A DNA stretch of 64,000 nt, from NCBI GenBank assembly GCA_035567035.1, contig DATMPO010000092.1, positions 15,168 through 79,167 of the forward strand. The letters are read 5' to 3'. The DNA is from Verrucomicrobiia bacterium (lineage in GTDB: Bacteria > Acidobacteriota > Terriglobia > Terriglobales > Acidobacteriaceae). Position numbers and translations under genes: made by a program. The notes under the pieces were generated by a model that saw nothing but the letters and a program-made list of their open reading frames with translations, had not been told where the DNA came from and searched no databases. This document shows positions 52,494-63,055 of the stretch, one piece after another. Numbering within the stretch: the stretch's first letter is position 1; each line of letters starts with the position of its first letter.

Positions 52494-54371
52494 ATGCAGC
52501 AATTGAGAAGGTTGTTGGGCTTTGTCCGGCCATACTTGCCGCAGTTGATTGCTTCCATTGTGTTCATGGCAGTGGCCGGGTTCATGGAGGCATTCCGCCT
52601 GCTTCTGATGGGGCCGATTCTTGGCCCGGTGTTGAATCCTTCCCAGCGCACCGATAGCGTCCCCCTGGTGAGTTTTTCGGGATCCAGGCACGTCATCTAT
52701 CTACAGCAATTCATTCCGCATCATTTTCACAATGTTCTGACGGTTGTGGCCGTGGCGTTGATCGGTTCCACGGTCATCAAGGGCGTGTCCGATTATCTGG
52801 GCACATACCTGGTGAATTATGCGGGGCTGGGTATGGTCACCGACCTGCGCAACAAGCTGTACCGGAGCCTGTTGTACCGGTCCGTGGGTTTCTTCTCCCG
52901 CCACACCACGGGCACGCTGGTTTCGACAGTTATCAATGACATAGATAAAGTGCAAGTCACGCTCTCCACGGTACTGGCGGAATTTCTGTTGCAGGTTTTC
53001 ACCCTGATCTTCACCGTCGTCGTGGTGATTGCCACGGGCAAGCAGCTGGCGTGGATCCTGCTGTTGTTCATTCCGTTTGTGATGATCTCCGCCGGCAGGA
53101 TCGGGCGCCGGGTGCAGCAGACCACGCGCAAAGGCCAGGACAAGCTGGCCGACATCCAGAACATTCTGCATGAGAGCATTGCCGGCAACCGCATTGTCAA
53201 AGCGTTCAGCATGGAGGCTTCGGAGAGCACGCGCTTTTTCGCCGCGGCGAAAAAACTGTTCCGGGCAAACCTGCGACTGGCGCGCGCCCAGGCGACCAGC
53301 GGGCCGCTCATGGAGATCATTGCAGCCGCCGGCGTGGCGTTGCTGCTCTGGCTGGGCCGCGGTTTGATTAAGAACGCGGTATTTACAGACAGCAGCCAGT
53401 TCTTTGTTTTCATCATTGCCGTCTTCAGGCTTTACGATCCCATCCGGAAGTTTGCTTTCTTCCACAACAGTTTCCGCCAGGCCCTGGGCGCTTCAAGTGA
53501 AGTTTTCCGCATTCTGGACGAGGCGGACGAGATCAAAGAACGGCCCGGCGCCACGGTCCTGCCGGGATTTCATGACAAGATCTCTTTTGAAGACGTGGGC
53601 TTCACCTATGCGGCGCAGAACGGGAATAATCCGCCGGTGCTGCGCGGCGTCAATCTCGAGGTGAGCGCCGGGGAAGTGGTGGCGATTGTTGGTTCCAGCG
53701 GCGCGGGCAAGAGCACGCTGGTGCAGATGGTCCCGCGATTTTTTGACGTGAGTTCAGGGTCGCTGAAAATTGACGGCCATGACGTCCGCGACGTGACGCT
53801 GGCTTCGCTGCGGGCGCAGATCGGCATCGTGACGCAGGAGACCATCCTGTTCAACGACACGGTGCGCGACAACATCGCGTACGGACAGTCCAACGTGTCC
53901 CAGGAAGCGGTGATTGAAGCCGCGAAGGCGGCGCTGGCCCATAGTTTTATTCTGCGGCTGCCGGAAGGCTACAACACCGTCATCGGCGAAAAAGGCCTGC
54001 GTCTCTCCGGTGGCGAGCGCCAGCGTATTGCCATTGCCCGAGCGCTCCTGAAGAACGCTCCTATCCTTATATTGGACGAAGCCACGTCCGCCCTGGACAA
54101 CGAATCGGAGTCCCTGGTGCAATCCGCGCTGCAGAACCTGATGGTCGGACGCACGGTGCTGGTCATTGCCCACCGGCTTACCACCATCCGGCGCGTGGAC
54201 CGCATTGTAGTCCTGGAGTATGGCCGGATCACCGATTCCGGCACGCATGACGACCTGTTGACCCGCCTGGGTACCTACCGCAAATTATATGAATTGCAGT
54301 TTATGAACATTGAGCCGAAAATGAGTGAAGCAGCCGCCGGGGTTATAATTCCCGAGCCGCACACAACGTGA
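52494..54371 (+). CDS. ABC transporter permease/ATPase, MsbA-like lipid exporter
   Basis: 625 aa. Six-TM N-terminal domain, Walker A GSSGAGKST, signature LSGGERQRIAIARAL, Walker B ILILDEATS. Confidence 0.85.
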   Translation: MQQLRRLLGFVRPYLPQLIASIVFMAVAGFMEAFRLLLMGPILGPVLNPSQRTDSVPLVSFSGSRHVIYLQQFIPHHFHNVLTVVAVALIGSTVIKGVSDYLGTYLVNYAGLGMVTDLRNKLYRSLLYRSVGFFSRHTTGTLVSTVINDIDKVQVTLSTVLAEFLLQVFTLIFTVVVVIATGKQLAWILLLFIPFVMISAGRIGRRVQQTTRKGQDKLADIQNILHESIAGNRIVKAFSMEASESTRFFAAAKKLFRANLRLARAQATSGPLMEIIAAAGVALLLWLGRGLIKNAVFTDSSQFFVFIIAVFRLYDPIRKFAFFHNSFRQALGASSEVFRILDEADEIKERPGATVLPGFHDKISFEDVGFTYAAQNGNNPPVLRGVNLEVSAGEVVAIVGSSGAGKSTLVQMVPRFFDVSSGSLKIDGHDVRDVTLASLRAQIGIVTQETILFNDTVRDNIAYGQSNVSQEAVIEAAKAALAHSFILRLPEGYNTVIGEKGLRLSGGERQRIAIARALLKNAPILILDEATSALDNESESLVQSALQNLMVGRTVLVIAHRLTTIRRVDRIVVLEYGRITDSGTHDDLLTRLGTYRKLYELQFMNIEPKMSEAAAGVIIPEPHTT

Positions 54372-54374
54372 TAC

Positions 54375-54474
54375 AAAGCAAATAGCAAATGGCAATTAGC
54401 CAAAGCAGTCCGACTGCCTTGATAGACTGGTCTGGACAATTGCTAATTGCTAATTGCTCAATTCGCTAAGTTGC
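54375..54474. repeat. Degenerate copy of the GCAAATAGCAAAT/GCAATTAGC MITE family
   Basis: AAAGCAAATAGCAAATGGCAATTAGCCAAAG on the left. CAATTGCTAATTGCTAATTGCTCAATTCGCTAAGTTGC (inverse orientation) on the right. Confidence 0.6.
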
Positions 54475-54481
54475 TCACTTC

Positions 54482-55363
54482 ATGTCCATACGATCCATGA
54501 CTGGGTTCGCGCAGGTCAAGTCCACGGCGGACGAGGGAGTGTCCTTTACTCTGTCGCTTAAGTCCGTCAACCACCGTTTTCTCGATCCGCAGCTCCGGAT
54601 GCCGCCCGATATGGACGAACTGGAGATGAAAATCCGCCGCGTGTTGAAGGAGAAGCTGGGCCGCGGACATGTGGATGTGACGCTGAGCGTTGACCGCTCG
54701 GCCGGGCAGGGGGTGGAGTTCAACCGCGAGCTGGTGGCGGGATACGTCGCCGCTTTCCGCAAAGCGGCGCGCGAGTTCGGCGCCGGCGGTGAACCGGACC
54801 TGAACGCAGTTTTCCGAATGCCGGGCGCGCTGGGAGCGTCGGCCCCGCTCGATGGAGCTTTCGCCGCCGCCGTGCTGGCGGCACTGGACCAGGCCATCGC
54901 CAATCTGAACGTCATGCGAGCGGAAGAAGGCCGCGGCATTGCCGCGGAACTGCGCCGCCGCCTGCAGTCCCTGGAAGCGGCCACCGAGGAAGTCTCCCAT
55001 CTGCGGACCGCGGTCTCCCGCGCGTACCTGGAAAAGTTTCGCGTGCGCATGCAGGAGCTGATTGGGAAAGCCGAGGAGGACCGTATCCTGCAGGAGGCCG
55101 CCATTATGGCCGAACGCAGCGACATTCAGGAAGAGCTGGTGCGCCTGCACAACCACATCGCGCATTTTCTCGGCCTGCTCGAGCAAGGCGGCGAAACCGG
55201 AAAGAAACTGGATTTCCTGCTGCAGGAGCTCAACCGCGAAGCCAACACGCTGCTCTCCAAGACGTCCGGCGTGGCGGGTGAGGCGCTGCGGATCACCGAA
55301 CTGGGGCTGCAGATGAAATCGGAAATTGAAAAATGCCGGGAACAGGTGCAGAACCTGGAATGA
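54482..55363 (+). CDS. yicC: YicC/YloC-family stress-induced protein
   Basis: MSIRSMTGFA N-terminus and C-terminal ELNREANTLLSK motif. Confidence 0.85.
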   Translation: MSIRSMTGFAQVKSTADEGVSFTLSLKSVNHRFLDPQLRMPPDMDELEMKIRRVLKEKLGRGHVDVTLSVDRSAGQGVEFNRELVAGYVAAFRKAAREFGAGGEPDLNAVFRMPGALGASAPLDGAFAAAVLAALDQAIANLNVMRAEEGRGIAAELRRRLQSLEAATEEVSHLRTAVSRAYLEKFRVRMQELIGKAEEDRILQEAAIMAERSDIQEELVRLHNHIAHFLGLLEQGGETGKKLDFLLQELNREANTLLSKTSGVAGEALRITELGLQMKSEIEKCREQVQNLE

Positions 55364-56049
55364 TCCTTTACATCATCTCAGCACCCTCGGGTTCCGGTAA
55401 AACCACGCTGGTCAACGAGCTGCGCCAGTACGTTCCCAATCTGGAATTCTCGGTTTCTTATACCACACGTCCGCCGCGGGGCAGCGAGGAAAACGGCCGT
55501 GAGTATCACTTCATCAGCCGGGAAGAATTTGAAGCGATGATTCGCCGCGATGAGTTTCTGGAATACGCCGAGGTCTTCGGCAAATACTACGGCACGGCCC
55601 GGAGCGTGTTGCAACAGGCAGAACAACACGGCAACGATCTGCTGCTGGACATTGATGTACAGGGTGAGCGGAAAGTGAAGCAGAAAATGCCGGACGCAAT
55701 GAGTATTTTTGTGCTTCCGCCCAGCCGCGGCGAACTGGAATCGCGCCTGCGCAAGCGCAGCCAGAGCGAGAACATGCACTCTGAGGAAGTCATTCGCCGC
55801 CGTCTGGACACGGCGCGAAAAGAGATTGAGAACTATCCCAATTACGATTATATTCTGGTGAACGACCGTCTCGAGCAGTCGGTGGACCGGCTACAGGCCA
55901 TCGTAGTCGGGGAGCGCATCCGGCGTTCCGGAGCACCGCGTTCGGAGCAAGAGAAGAAATACCTGGAGGTCGCTGAGAAATGCCTGAAGTCCAACATGGA
56001 AGAAAAGATCAGGAGCATTCTGGCGTCTTTTGATGTGTGTCCGAAGTGA
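55360..56049 (+). CDS. gmk: Guanylate kinase
   Basis: ATG 55360 (ATGA overlap with the yicC stop) gives MILYIISAPSGSGKTTL. TTRPPRGSEENGREYHF. About 25-aa C-terminal extension. Confidence 0.9.
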   Translation: MILYIISAPSGSGKTTLVNELRQYVPNLEFSVSYTTRPPRGSEENGREYHFISREEFEAMIRRDEFLEYAEVFGKYYGTARSVLQQAEQHGNDLLLDIDVQGERKVKQKMPDAMSIFVLPPSRGELESRLRKRSQSENMHSEEVIRRRLDTARKEIENYPNYDYILVNDRLEQSVDRLQAIVVGERIRRSGAPRSEQEKKYLEVAEKCLKSNMEEKIRSILASFDVCPK

Positions 56050-56071
56050 GGGAAACACAGAGGTGATCACA

Positions 56072-56296
56072 ATGAAACTGCAAGACGGATTTGACAGCAG
56101 ATACCGGTATGTCCTGGTGGCCGCCCGGCGTGCCCGGCAGATCAGCAGCGGCGCGCCGCCGCTGGTTGAGACCCCGGCGCGCAAGCCTTGCAAGATTGCC
56201 CAGGAAGAGATTGCCGCGGGCAAAGTGCAATATGTGACGCAGGACGCTCAGGAAACGTCGCTGGAGTCCGCGCCGGAACGGGCATCAGGCCAATAA
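56072..56296 (+). CDS. rpoZ: DNA-directed RNA polymerase subunit omega
   Basis: ATG 56072 gives MKLQDGFDSRYRYVLVAARRARQI. Confidence 0.85.
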   Translation: MKLQDGFDSRYRYVLVAARRARQISSGAPPLVETPARKPCKIAQEEIAAGKVQYVTQDAQETSLESAPERASGQ

Positions 56297-56342
56297 CCTC
56301 TCCTGACTTGGTCCGCAAACACGGCGGGATTACAATCTTCCT

Positions 56343-57563
56343 ATGAAGGTCGCTCTTGGTGTTTCCGGCGGGATTGCCGTGTATAAGGCCGCCGAACTGG
56401 TGCGCCTGCTGCAGGACCGCGGTGTGCGCGTGCAGGTGGTCATGACTCGCGCGGCCCAGGAGTTCGTCCGGCCTCTCACCTTCGCAGCGCTCAGCGGAGA
56501 AAAAGTCATTACGGATCTGTTCGGCGCCGGAGCGGAAGAACCCAATATTGAGTCCGCGGTCGAGCACATTGCCGTGGCCCAGGCGATAGACGCGCTGGTG
56601 ATTGCCCCGGCAACAGCGGACATCATTGCCAAATTCGCGCACGGCGAAGCCAACGATTTTTTGACCACGTTGTTTCTCGCCACCACGGCCCCGGTCGTGA
56701 TTGCTCCCGCCATGAACGTGAACATGTGGGAGAATGCCGCTACTCAGGAGAACGTCCAGAAACTCAGGGCGCGCGGCTTGCGCGTGGTCGAGCCGGACAG
56801 CGGATACCTGGCCTGCGGCATGATCGGTCCGGGCAGGCTGGCCGCAAATGAAACCATTCTCCATGCGGTCATGGAAGCGCTGGGTGCGTCGCAAGACCTC
56901 GCCGGAGAAACTGTTCTGGTCACGGCCGGGCCGACGCGCGAGCCGATTGACCCGGTGCGCTACATTGGCAATCGCTCCAGCGGGAAAATGGGTTACGCGC
57001 TGGCGGAAGCGGCGTTGCGTCGCGGAGCAAAAGTGATCTTGGTCAGCGGACCGGTGGCGCTGAAGCCGCCGTCCGCGGCTGAGGTTGTTTTTGTACAAAC
57101 GGCAAAAGAGATGCGCGACGCCGTCCTGGCAAATCTGGAGCGCGCGACGGTGGTAATCAAAGCGGCTGCGGTTGCCGACTTCACGGTACGCAATCCCGCG
57201 GACCAGAAGATCAAGCGTAAAGGCGCGCTTACTCTCGAACTGGATCCCACCCCGGACATTCTGGCGGAAATTGGCGCGCGCAAAGGCGCCCGCATTGTCG
57301 TGGGCTTTGCCGCGGAAACGCACGACGCGCTGGAAAACGCCCGCAAGAAACTGGACAGCAAATCGCTCGACGCGATCGTGGTCAACGATGTTTCCCGGCC
57401 CGGCATAGGATTCGATTCCGAACGCAACGCCGTGACTATTCTCACGCGTGCCGGAGCCACCGATGTCCCCGAGAGCAGTAAGTGGGAAGTCGCGCATCGG
57501 GTGCTCGATGCGGTGGTGAAGTTGATGGCGGAGCGAGTACGACCCTTTGTCTCCGCCCAGTGA
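56343..57563 (+). CDS. coaBC: Bifunctional phosphopantothenoylcysteine decarboxylase / phosphopantothenate-cysteine ligase
   Basis: 406 aa. GVSGGIAVYKA, PAMNVNMW, ACGMIGPGRL, GNRSSGKMG, AAVADF. Confidence 0.92.
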   Translation: MKVALGVSGGIAVYKAAELVRLLQDRGVRVQVVMTRAAQEFVRPLTFAALSGEKVITDLFGAGAEEPNIESAVEHIAVAQAIDALVIAPATADIIAKFAHGEANDFLTTLFLATTAPVVIAPAMNVNMWENAATQENVQKLRARGLRVVEPDSGYLACGMIGPGRLAANETILHAVMEALGASQDLAGETVLVTAGPTREPIDPVRYIGNRSSGKMGYALAEAALRRGAKVILVSGPVALKPPSAAEVVFVQTAKEMRDAVLANLERATVVIKAAAVADFTVRNPADQKIKRKGALTLELDPTPDILAEIGARKGARIVVGFAAETHDALENARKKLDSKSLDAIVVNDVSRPGIGFDSERNAVTILTRAGATDVPESSKWEVAHRVLDAVVKLMAERVRPFVSAQ

Positions 57564-57580
57564 CTTATTTGGTCACGCTA

Positions 57581-57746
57581 GTCATCCCGAACGAAGTGAG
57601 GGATCTGCTCTCTGAGCGATCGCCGCAAATTCCACACTTACATCTTTTTGAAGTCTCCGGTACCTAAACAATTGCATTACCCGGGATTGGGGTGCCCGGA
57701 TTGAGCCATTGAGAGAAGAGCAGATTCCTCGCTGCGCTCGGAATGA
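57581..57746. mobile_element. MITE-like element with ~33-nt imperfect terminal inverted repeats
   Basis: Left GTCATCCCGAACGAAGTGAGGGATCTGCTCTCT. Right AGAGAAGAGCAGATTCCTCGCTGCGCTCGGAATGAC, whose reverse complement resembles the left arm. Non-coding core. Confidence 0.65.
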
Positions 57747-57747
57747 C

Positions 57748-57850
57748 AAACCCTTTGTGAATGGCAAATCCTCTGTGAATGCCAAACCCTTTGTGAATGC
57801 CAAACCCTTTGTGAGTGATAAACGCTTTGTGAATGACAAATCCTTGGGGA
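57748..57850. repeat. 18-bp tandem repeat, ~5.7 copies
   Basis: AAACCCTTTGTGAATGGC / AAATCCTCTGTGAATGCC / AAACCCTTTGTGAATGCC / AAACCCTTTGTGAGTGAT / AAACGCTTTGTGAATGAC / AAATCCTTGGGG. Abuts the right arm of the MITE. Confidence 0.9.
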
Positions 57851-57904
57851 GATGATTTGCGCGGTGGTTCTCCCTGATCGGTGTCCTCGTATAAACTTGC
57901 GCAC

Positions 57905-58666
57905 ATGACGATGAACCCCGATCCAGTTACCAGGCAAAGACTCGCAGCCCGCGTGGACTACTACCGCGACATGGGTATTTACGATTTCTATCGCCGCCCA
58001 GTCGAACAAGACGTGCAGCTTAACTTGGGCGCCGCGGATGGGCCAGCCCCGGCAACCGCGGCATCTCCCCTTCCCGTAATTCAAGACAAGCCTGGCGCCC
58101 TGAAGGCCATCCGCGAAGATATTGGCGATTGCACGCGGTGCCGTCTGCACATGGGCCGCACCAAGATTGTGTTTGGCGTCGGCAATGTGCACGCCGAGCT
58201 GATGTTTGTGGGCGAAGGCCCGGGCGCGGACGAAGATGCCCAGGGTGAACCGTTCGTAGGCCGCGCCGGACAGCTTTTGAACAATATGATCGCCGCCATG
58301 GGGCTGAAGCGCGAAGACGTTTACATTGCCAATGTGGTCAAGTGCCGTCCGCCGGGGAACCGTACTCCGGAAAAAGACGAATGCGACATCTGCTCGCCCT
58401 TCCTGCTGCGCCAAATTGCTGTCATCCAACCGAGAGTCATCGTGGCCTTGGGCGCGGTGGCGGCGAAGAACCTGCTGGCCATGAATGACAGCATGGCCAA
58501 CCTGCGCGGCCGCTGGTATGACTTCCGGGGGTCAAAACTCGCCGTGACCTATCATCCCGCCTATCTGCTGCGCGATCCGCGGCAGAAAAAAGAAGCCTGG
58601 AAAGATCTGCAAATGGTGATGAAGTTTCTGGGGTTGAAAGCGCCGGCGAAGAGCACGGAGGAATAA
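57905..58666 (+). CDS. Uracil-DNA glycosylase, family 4
   Basis: [35 protein letters not shown]. Start taken at ATG 57905. The track ORF begins at GTG 57881. Confidence 0.85.
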   Translation: MTMNPDPVTRQRLAARVDYYRDMGIYDFYRRPVEQDVQLNLGAADGPAPATAASPLPVIQDKPGALKAIREDIGDCTRCRLHMGRTKIVFGVGNVHAELMFVGEGPGADEDAQGEPFVGRAGQLLNNMIAAMGLKREDVYIANVVKCRPPGNRTPEKDECDICSPFLLRQIAVIQPRVIVALGAVAAKNLLAMNDSMANLRGRWYDFRGSKLAVTYHPAYLLRDPRQKKEAWKDLQMVMKFLGLKAPAKSTEE

Positions 58667-58668
58667 GC

Positions 58669-60360
58669 TTACTGCACGTTGACCGTGGCGTTGGTAGTCC
58701 CTGTCAGACCGGACGTCTGGTCCATGACGCCCAGGCGCATCTGGTATTTGCCGTTGGGCAGGTCGAGAAGAATCCGGCAGGGAATGCCAGTCTTCTGCGT
58801 TTTCTCGTAAGTTTCAGGTTTAAGGTCGGCCGTTATTGTGGTCTCCTGAAGTCTCACGGGCTTGCCTTTGTCAGAATAGACCCTCACGCCGCAGACCACG
58901 ACAGCGTGTTCCACTCCGTCCGCCAGCATTTGAAAATTCACGGCGCGGGGATCGATCACAAAGCTGATCGGGACTTTGTTCTGGTCCTGGGAGGAACGCG
59001 GTAAAACGCCCGCTTGAAACACGATCGAACGGGATGATGGGACTTGAAGGTTCAGGTTCTGGGCAAACTCCACGTCCCGTTTCTTGGGATCGATACGCAG
59101 GGGTGGCGGCAAGTTTGGATCGGACGCGTAATAGCCCAGCCGGTAATGCAATTTAACGCCCGGCTTGGCAACCGTAACACGGATCTTGCGAAATGTCCCG
59201 TCCCACTTTCTGCCGTCAGGATAGTAGCCGAGCGTGTAGTACGTGGACCCATCGTCAATGCTCTGACGAATGGACGCGGCTATATCGTTGCGGTTGTAGA
59301 ATGACCGTCCGCCGGTCCTGTTGGCCATTTCATTCATGGTTCCATGAGCGGCAAAGTATGCCGCCGATTCCGCATTGAGCTGGCGCAGCAGGCCGGATCC
59401 GCTGCCGCTGCCTCTGTTGGAAGCGTCGAAAGCGGCTGGCGCCGCCAATCCTCGCGGGTCCACGGGATAAATCGCCACCTGACTGTTGATCAACGCGTCC
59501 GCGGCCCGCGTAACCTGCTCACTGAAGGTCCGGCTGTCGAGCGTGCCGGCAATTTGAAAGTCCGGCGTTATGTCGAACGGAAACGCCTCGGAAATCCAGA
59601 TCAGGTTCTTGCGTCCTGGATAGCCCGAAAGATGCTGCGCGATATAACCAAGCGCGCCAACCGTGTATTCGGCCCGAAACTGGATCTGGTCCTGCGCCAC
59701 GCGTTGCATTGGCCCAGCCAGGCGTCCCGGGACACTTCCGGCGCGGTTCAGGAACATGGGAATGGCTCCCTTGAATTTCTGCACTCCGGACTGGAGCAGG
59801 ACCGGGTCCGTGGTGAAATCCTGCAGTAACTGCACCTTCTGGCCGACCATCGCGTAGATGGCAACCGGCTGGTTCGATGGCATCTTTTTCAGAAACAGGA
59901 GGATCTGCTGCCGCGCGTAGGCCTGATTTTCAAAAGCGGTATTCACGGCATCGATCAGAATTACGTTGAATGAGCTGTTGCCCCTGAACTCGGGAGAATT
60001 GGTGAAAACATTCGGTGCGGGCCTGGGCCGGTCGGCGGTGGTCGCGCCGGTTTCCGGCTGGTGAAAACTGAAGACCCGGACATCCTGTTCTTTGCCCTCT
60101 TCGAGCAGCTTGAAGTCCTGGGCTTTGATATCGGTGACCGGTTTCCCGGCGGCGTCTAGCGCCACCACGTCCACCACCACGAGCCGCGTAGTGGTCCTTA
60201 ACAACGGAATCGTTTGGTCGACCGGTTTGTCCTGAGTCGTGGCCTGGGGAGGCGGAGGCGCGTTGGAATCCGATGGTTGCTGGGCAATAGATTTTGCGCA
60301 AAAGACCAGTAAGGCGATAAGAGTTGCCGCACACAGACGGCGCTTTGATGCGCGTTCCAT
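58669..60360 (-). CDS. VWFA-related acidobacterial-type domain protein (TIGR03436-like), secreted
   Basis: ATG 60360 with GGAGG 8 nt upstream gives MERASKRRLCAATLIALLVFCAKSIAQ. TTRLVVVDVVALDAAGKPVTDIKAQDFKLLEEGKEQ N-terminal module followed by a VWA-like region. Confidence 0.7.
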   Translation of the reverse strand: MERASKRRLCAATLIALLVFCAKSIAQQPSDSNAPPPPQATTQDKPVDQTIPLLRTTTRLVVVDVVALDAAGKPVTDIKAQDFKLLEEGKEQDVRVFSFHQPETGATTADRPRPAPNVFTNSPEFRGNSSFNVILIDAVNTAFENQAYARQQILLFLKKMPSNQPVAIYAMVGQKVQLLQDFTTDPVLLQSGVQKFKGAIPMFLNRAGSVPGRLAGPMQRVAQDQIQFRAEYTVGALGYIAQHLSGYPGRKNLIWISEAFPFDITPDFQIAGTLDSRTFSEQVTRAADALINSQVAIYPVDPRGLAAPAAFDASNRGSGSGSGLLRQLNAESAAYFAAHGTMNEMANRTGGRSFYNRNDIAASIRQSIDDGSTYYTLGYYPDGRKWDGTFRKIRVTVAKPGVKLHYRLGYYASDPNLPPPLRIDPKKRDVEFAQNLNLQVPSSRSIVFQAGVLPRSSQDQNKVPISFVIDPRAVNFQMLADGVEHAVVVCGVRVYSDKGKPVRLQETTITADLKPETYEKTQKTGIPCRILLDLPNGKYQMRLGVMDQTSGLTGTTNATVNVQ

Positions 60361-60600
60361 TTCAGAAACCTCCGGTCTGCCGGATACGCCTTGCGAGCCA
60401 CTTCTAATTCTTATTGTAATCTTCATCAGGGCATGTTCTCCGGCGGGCCGGCGTCTGTGTAATCTGTAACCCAATCTTGGCTTGTAAGTTCTGCAAATAG
60501 GCACATTCGAGCTCTATTCCAGTACGTTACCCGGAGCAACCGGTTTGATTGTCGTTTCCTCCGCGGAATGTCAGCCCGTACAATCGTTTACTGACATCTC

Positions 60601-63042
60601 ATGCCCTCCTTCTGCGACGTCGCTCTGCCTGTCCCTCTGGACATGGTCTTCACATATCGGATCGCCGACCAGGTCCCGGAGATCGGCGCGCGCGTGCTGG
60701 TCCCGTTCCGGAATGAGCGGCTTTCCGGCGTAGTCACGGCGGTGCATGATCGTCCGCCGTCCATGCAGGCCAAGACGGTGCTCCAGGTGCTCGATACCGA
60801 ACCGGTGCTCGATGCCACCCTGATAAAGCTTGGGCAATGGATTGCGCAGTACTATCTGGCGCCTGTCGGCGAAGTCTTCCGCGGCATGCTGCCGCTGGCC
60901 GCGGAAATCAAGAAGGCCAAGCTCTATCGGATCATGGAAAGCGGACACGAGGCGCTGCATGCTTCGGCGACTACCGGTTCGTCGCGCCGTTCGCGCCAGG
61001 AAATAGACGCGCAGATGGTGGAATACTCCGTGCTGGACTACCTATCGATGTCCGATTCCGGCGCAGCTCTGGAGGGCACAATCCGTTCGGCGACTGGCGC
61101 CACGCGCCAGGTCCTGGACAATCTGGTGCGTAAAAAATGGATTGCCCGCGAAGATGCTTCCGCCGCGCGCGATGCCCGCCGCACCGTGCAGATTGCCGTG
61201 CTCAAGAACGTCAGCGGAAAGCTGAACGACAATCAACAAAGGCTTGTTGACTTCCTGCAGCAGACCGGTGGACGCGTTCCCTTGGAACTGGTCCGCGAGT
61301 TGCCAGTACCCCGCACCACGTTGCAGACGCTGGTCAAACGCGGAGTCGTTGCATTGGAGGTGGAAGCGGCAGGATTTGAAGTCAGTGGGCTCAAGAAGCG
61401 CGGGCCGTCGCACCTGGATTTTATTTTTAACGCGGAACAGAAGGCGGCGTTGACCGCCATCCGGAACTCGGTGGACGCTAAAGCTTTTTCTGTTTCGGTA
61501 CTGCATGGAGTGACCGGGTCGGGCAAGACCGCGGTTTATCTCGCGGCGATGCAGGCGGTACTGGAGTCGGGCAATTCCGCGCTCCTGCTGGTGCCGGAGA
61601 TCGGCCTTACTCCGGCGGCGGCGGCCAATCTTCACCAGGTGTTCGGCGACGAGGTGGCAATTCTGCACTCCGCACTTTCCGCCGACGAACGGGCGGAGCA
61701 GTGGCATCGCATTCGCCGTGGCGACGCCCGGATCGTGGTGGGCACGCGCTCCGCCGTGTTTGCCCCGGTATCTCGCCTAGCCCTGATCGTAGTGGACGAA
61801 GAACACGATGCCTCTTACAAGCAGGAAGAAACGCCGCGCTATCACGGCCGCGACGTTGCCGTGATGCGCGGCAAACTCGCCGGGGCTGCCGTGGTGCTGG
61901 CTTCTGCGACGCCTTCGATTGAGTCCTATCACAACGCGCAAACCGGCAAATACAAACTGATTGAACTCACCGGACGTGTCGAGCGCCGGCCCTTGCCGGA
62001 AGTCGAAATCGTGGACATGAAAATGGAGTTCCACCAGACCGGCGAAGACCGGATATTCTCCCGCCGTCTGATTGAAGAAGTCAGCGAACGGCTGGAGCGC
62101 GGCGAGCAGGCCATGGTCCTGCTGAACCGCCGTGGTTATTCCTCCGTGGTGCTCTGCCGGGCATGTGGCGAGACACTGCAATGCAAGAACTGCACCATCT
62201 CTCTGACTTTCCACAAGGCCGGGTATCGCATGGAATGCCATTATTGCGGCTACCGCCAGGCAGTGCCCAAGGTCTGTCCCAAGTGCGCGAGCGAGCACAT
62301 TTATTTTCTCGGCGCGGGTTCGGAAAAAGTGGAAGAACGGCTGCATGAAGCTTTCCCGCAGGCGCGCATCGGACGCCTGGACCGCGACACGGTGCGTACG
62401 CGCCACGACTTCGAGCGCGTACTTAACCAATTCCACGCCGGCGAAATTAATCTGCTTGTAGGCACACAGATGATCGCCAAAGGGCATGACGTCCATGGCG
62501 TCACGCTGGTGGGCGTTGTGGGCGCGGACTATGCTCTGGGTTTTCCGGACTTCCGCGCTGCGGAGCGGACCTTTCAATTGCTCACTCAGGTCGCCGGCCG
62601 CGCGGGACGCGGAGAGATGCCGGGCAAGGTCGTGCTGCAAACCTTCGCGTCCGACCATTATGCTATCCAGTTCGCCCAGCAACACGACTACAAGGGCTTC
62701 TTCGACAAAGAAGTGCGCTTCCGCAAGTGGATGCACTATCCGCCCTTCAGCGCGCTGGCCAATATTCTGGTCCGCAGTGACAAGCTCGACCGTACGCTGC
62801 AATGGACCGGAAAACTGGGCAAATGGTTTGAGTCCACGCGCAACGAGGGCGTACGCGTGCTGGGGCCTTCGGTGGCGCCGATCCAGAGGCTGAAGCGCGA
62901 CTACCGCTACCACTTCATCCTGAAAGCAGCCAGTCGGGAGAAACTCAACACCACACTGCGGAAAATGCTGGCCTACGCTGAGAGCGAAAAGATTTCGCGC
63001 ACGAACGTCATTGTGGACGTGGACGCGCTGTCGCTGCTGTAG
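60601..63042 (+). CDS. priA: Primosomal replication-restart helicase PriA
   Basis: 813 aa. GVTGSGKT (Walker A), VVDEEHD, Cys-rich zinc module CRACG..CKNC..CHYCG..CPKC, GTQMIAKGHD. Confidence 0.95.
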   Translation: MPSFCDVALPVPLDMVFTYRIADQVPEIGARVLVPFRNERLSGVVTAVHDRPPSMQAKTVLQVLDTEPVLDATLIKLGQWIAQYYLAPVGEVFRGMLPLAAEIKKAKLYRIMESGHEALHASATTGSSRRSRQEIDAQMVEYSVLDYLSMSDSGAALEGTIRSATGATRQVLDNLVRKKWIAREDASAARDARRTVQIAVLKNVSGKLNDNQQRLVDFLQQTGGRVPLELVRELPVPRTTLQTLVKRGVVALEVEAAGFEVSGLKKRGPSHLDFIFNAEQKAALTAIRNSVDAKAFSVSVLHGVTGSGKTAVYLAAMQAVLESGNSALLLVPEIGLTPAAAANLHQVFGDEVAILHSALSADERAEQWHRIRRGDARIVVGTRSAVFAPVSRLALIVVDEEHDASYKQEETPRYHGRDVAVMRGKLAGAAVVLASATPSIESYHNAQTGKYKLIELTGRVERRPLPEVEIVDMKMEFHQTGEDRIFSRRLIEEVSERLERGEQAMVLLNRRGYSSVVLCRACGETLQCKNCTISLTFHKAGYRMECHYCGYRQAVPKVCPKCASEHIYFLGAGSEKVEERLHEAFPQARIGRLDRDTVRTRHDFERVLNQFHAGEINLLVGTQMIAKGHDVHGVTLVGVVGADYALGFPDFRAAERTFQLLTQVAGRAGRGEMPGKVVLQTFASDHYAIQFAQQHDYKGFFDKEVRFRKWMHYPPFSALANILVRSDKLDRTLQWTGKLGKWFESTRNEGVRVLGPSVAPIQRLKRDYRYHFILKAASREKLNTTLRKMLAYAESEKISRTNVIVDVDALSLL

Positions 63043-63055
63043 ACACCCGATCTGT

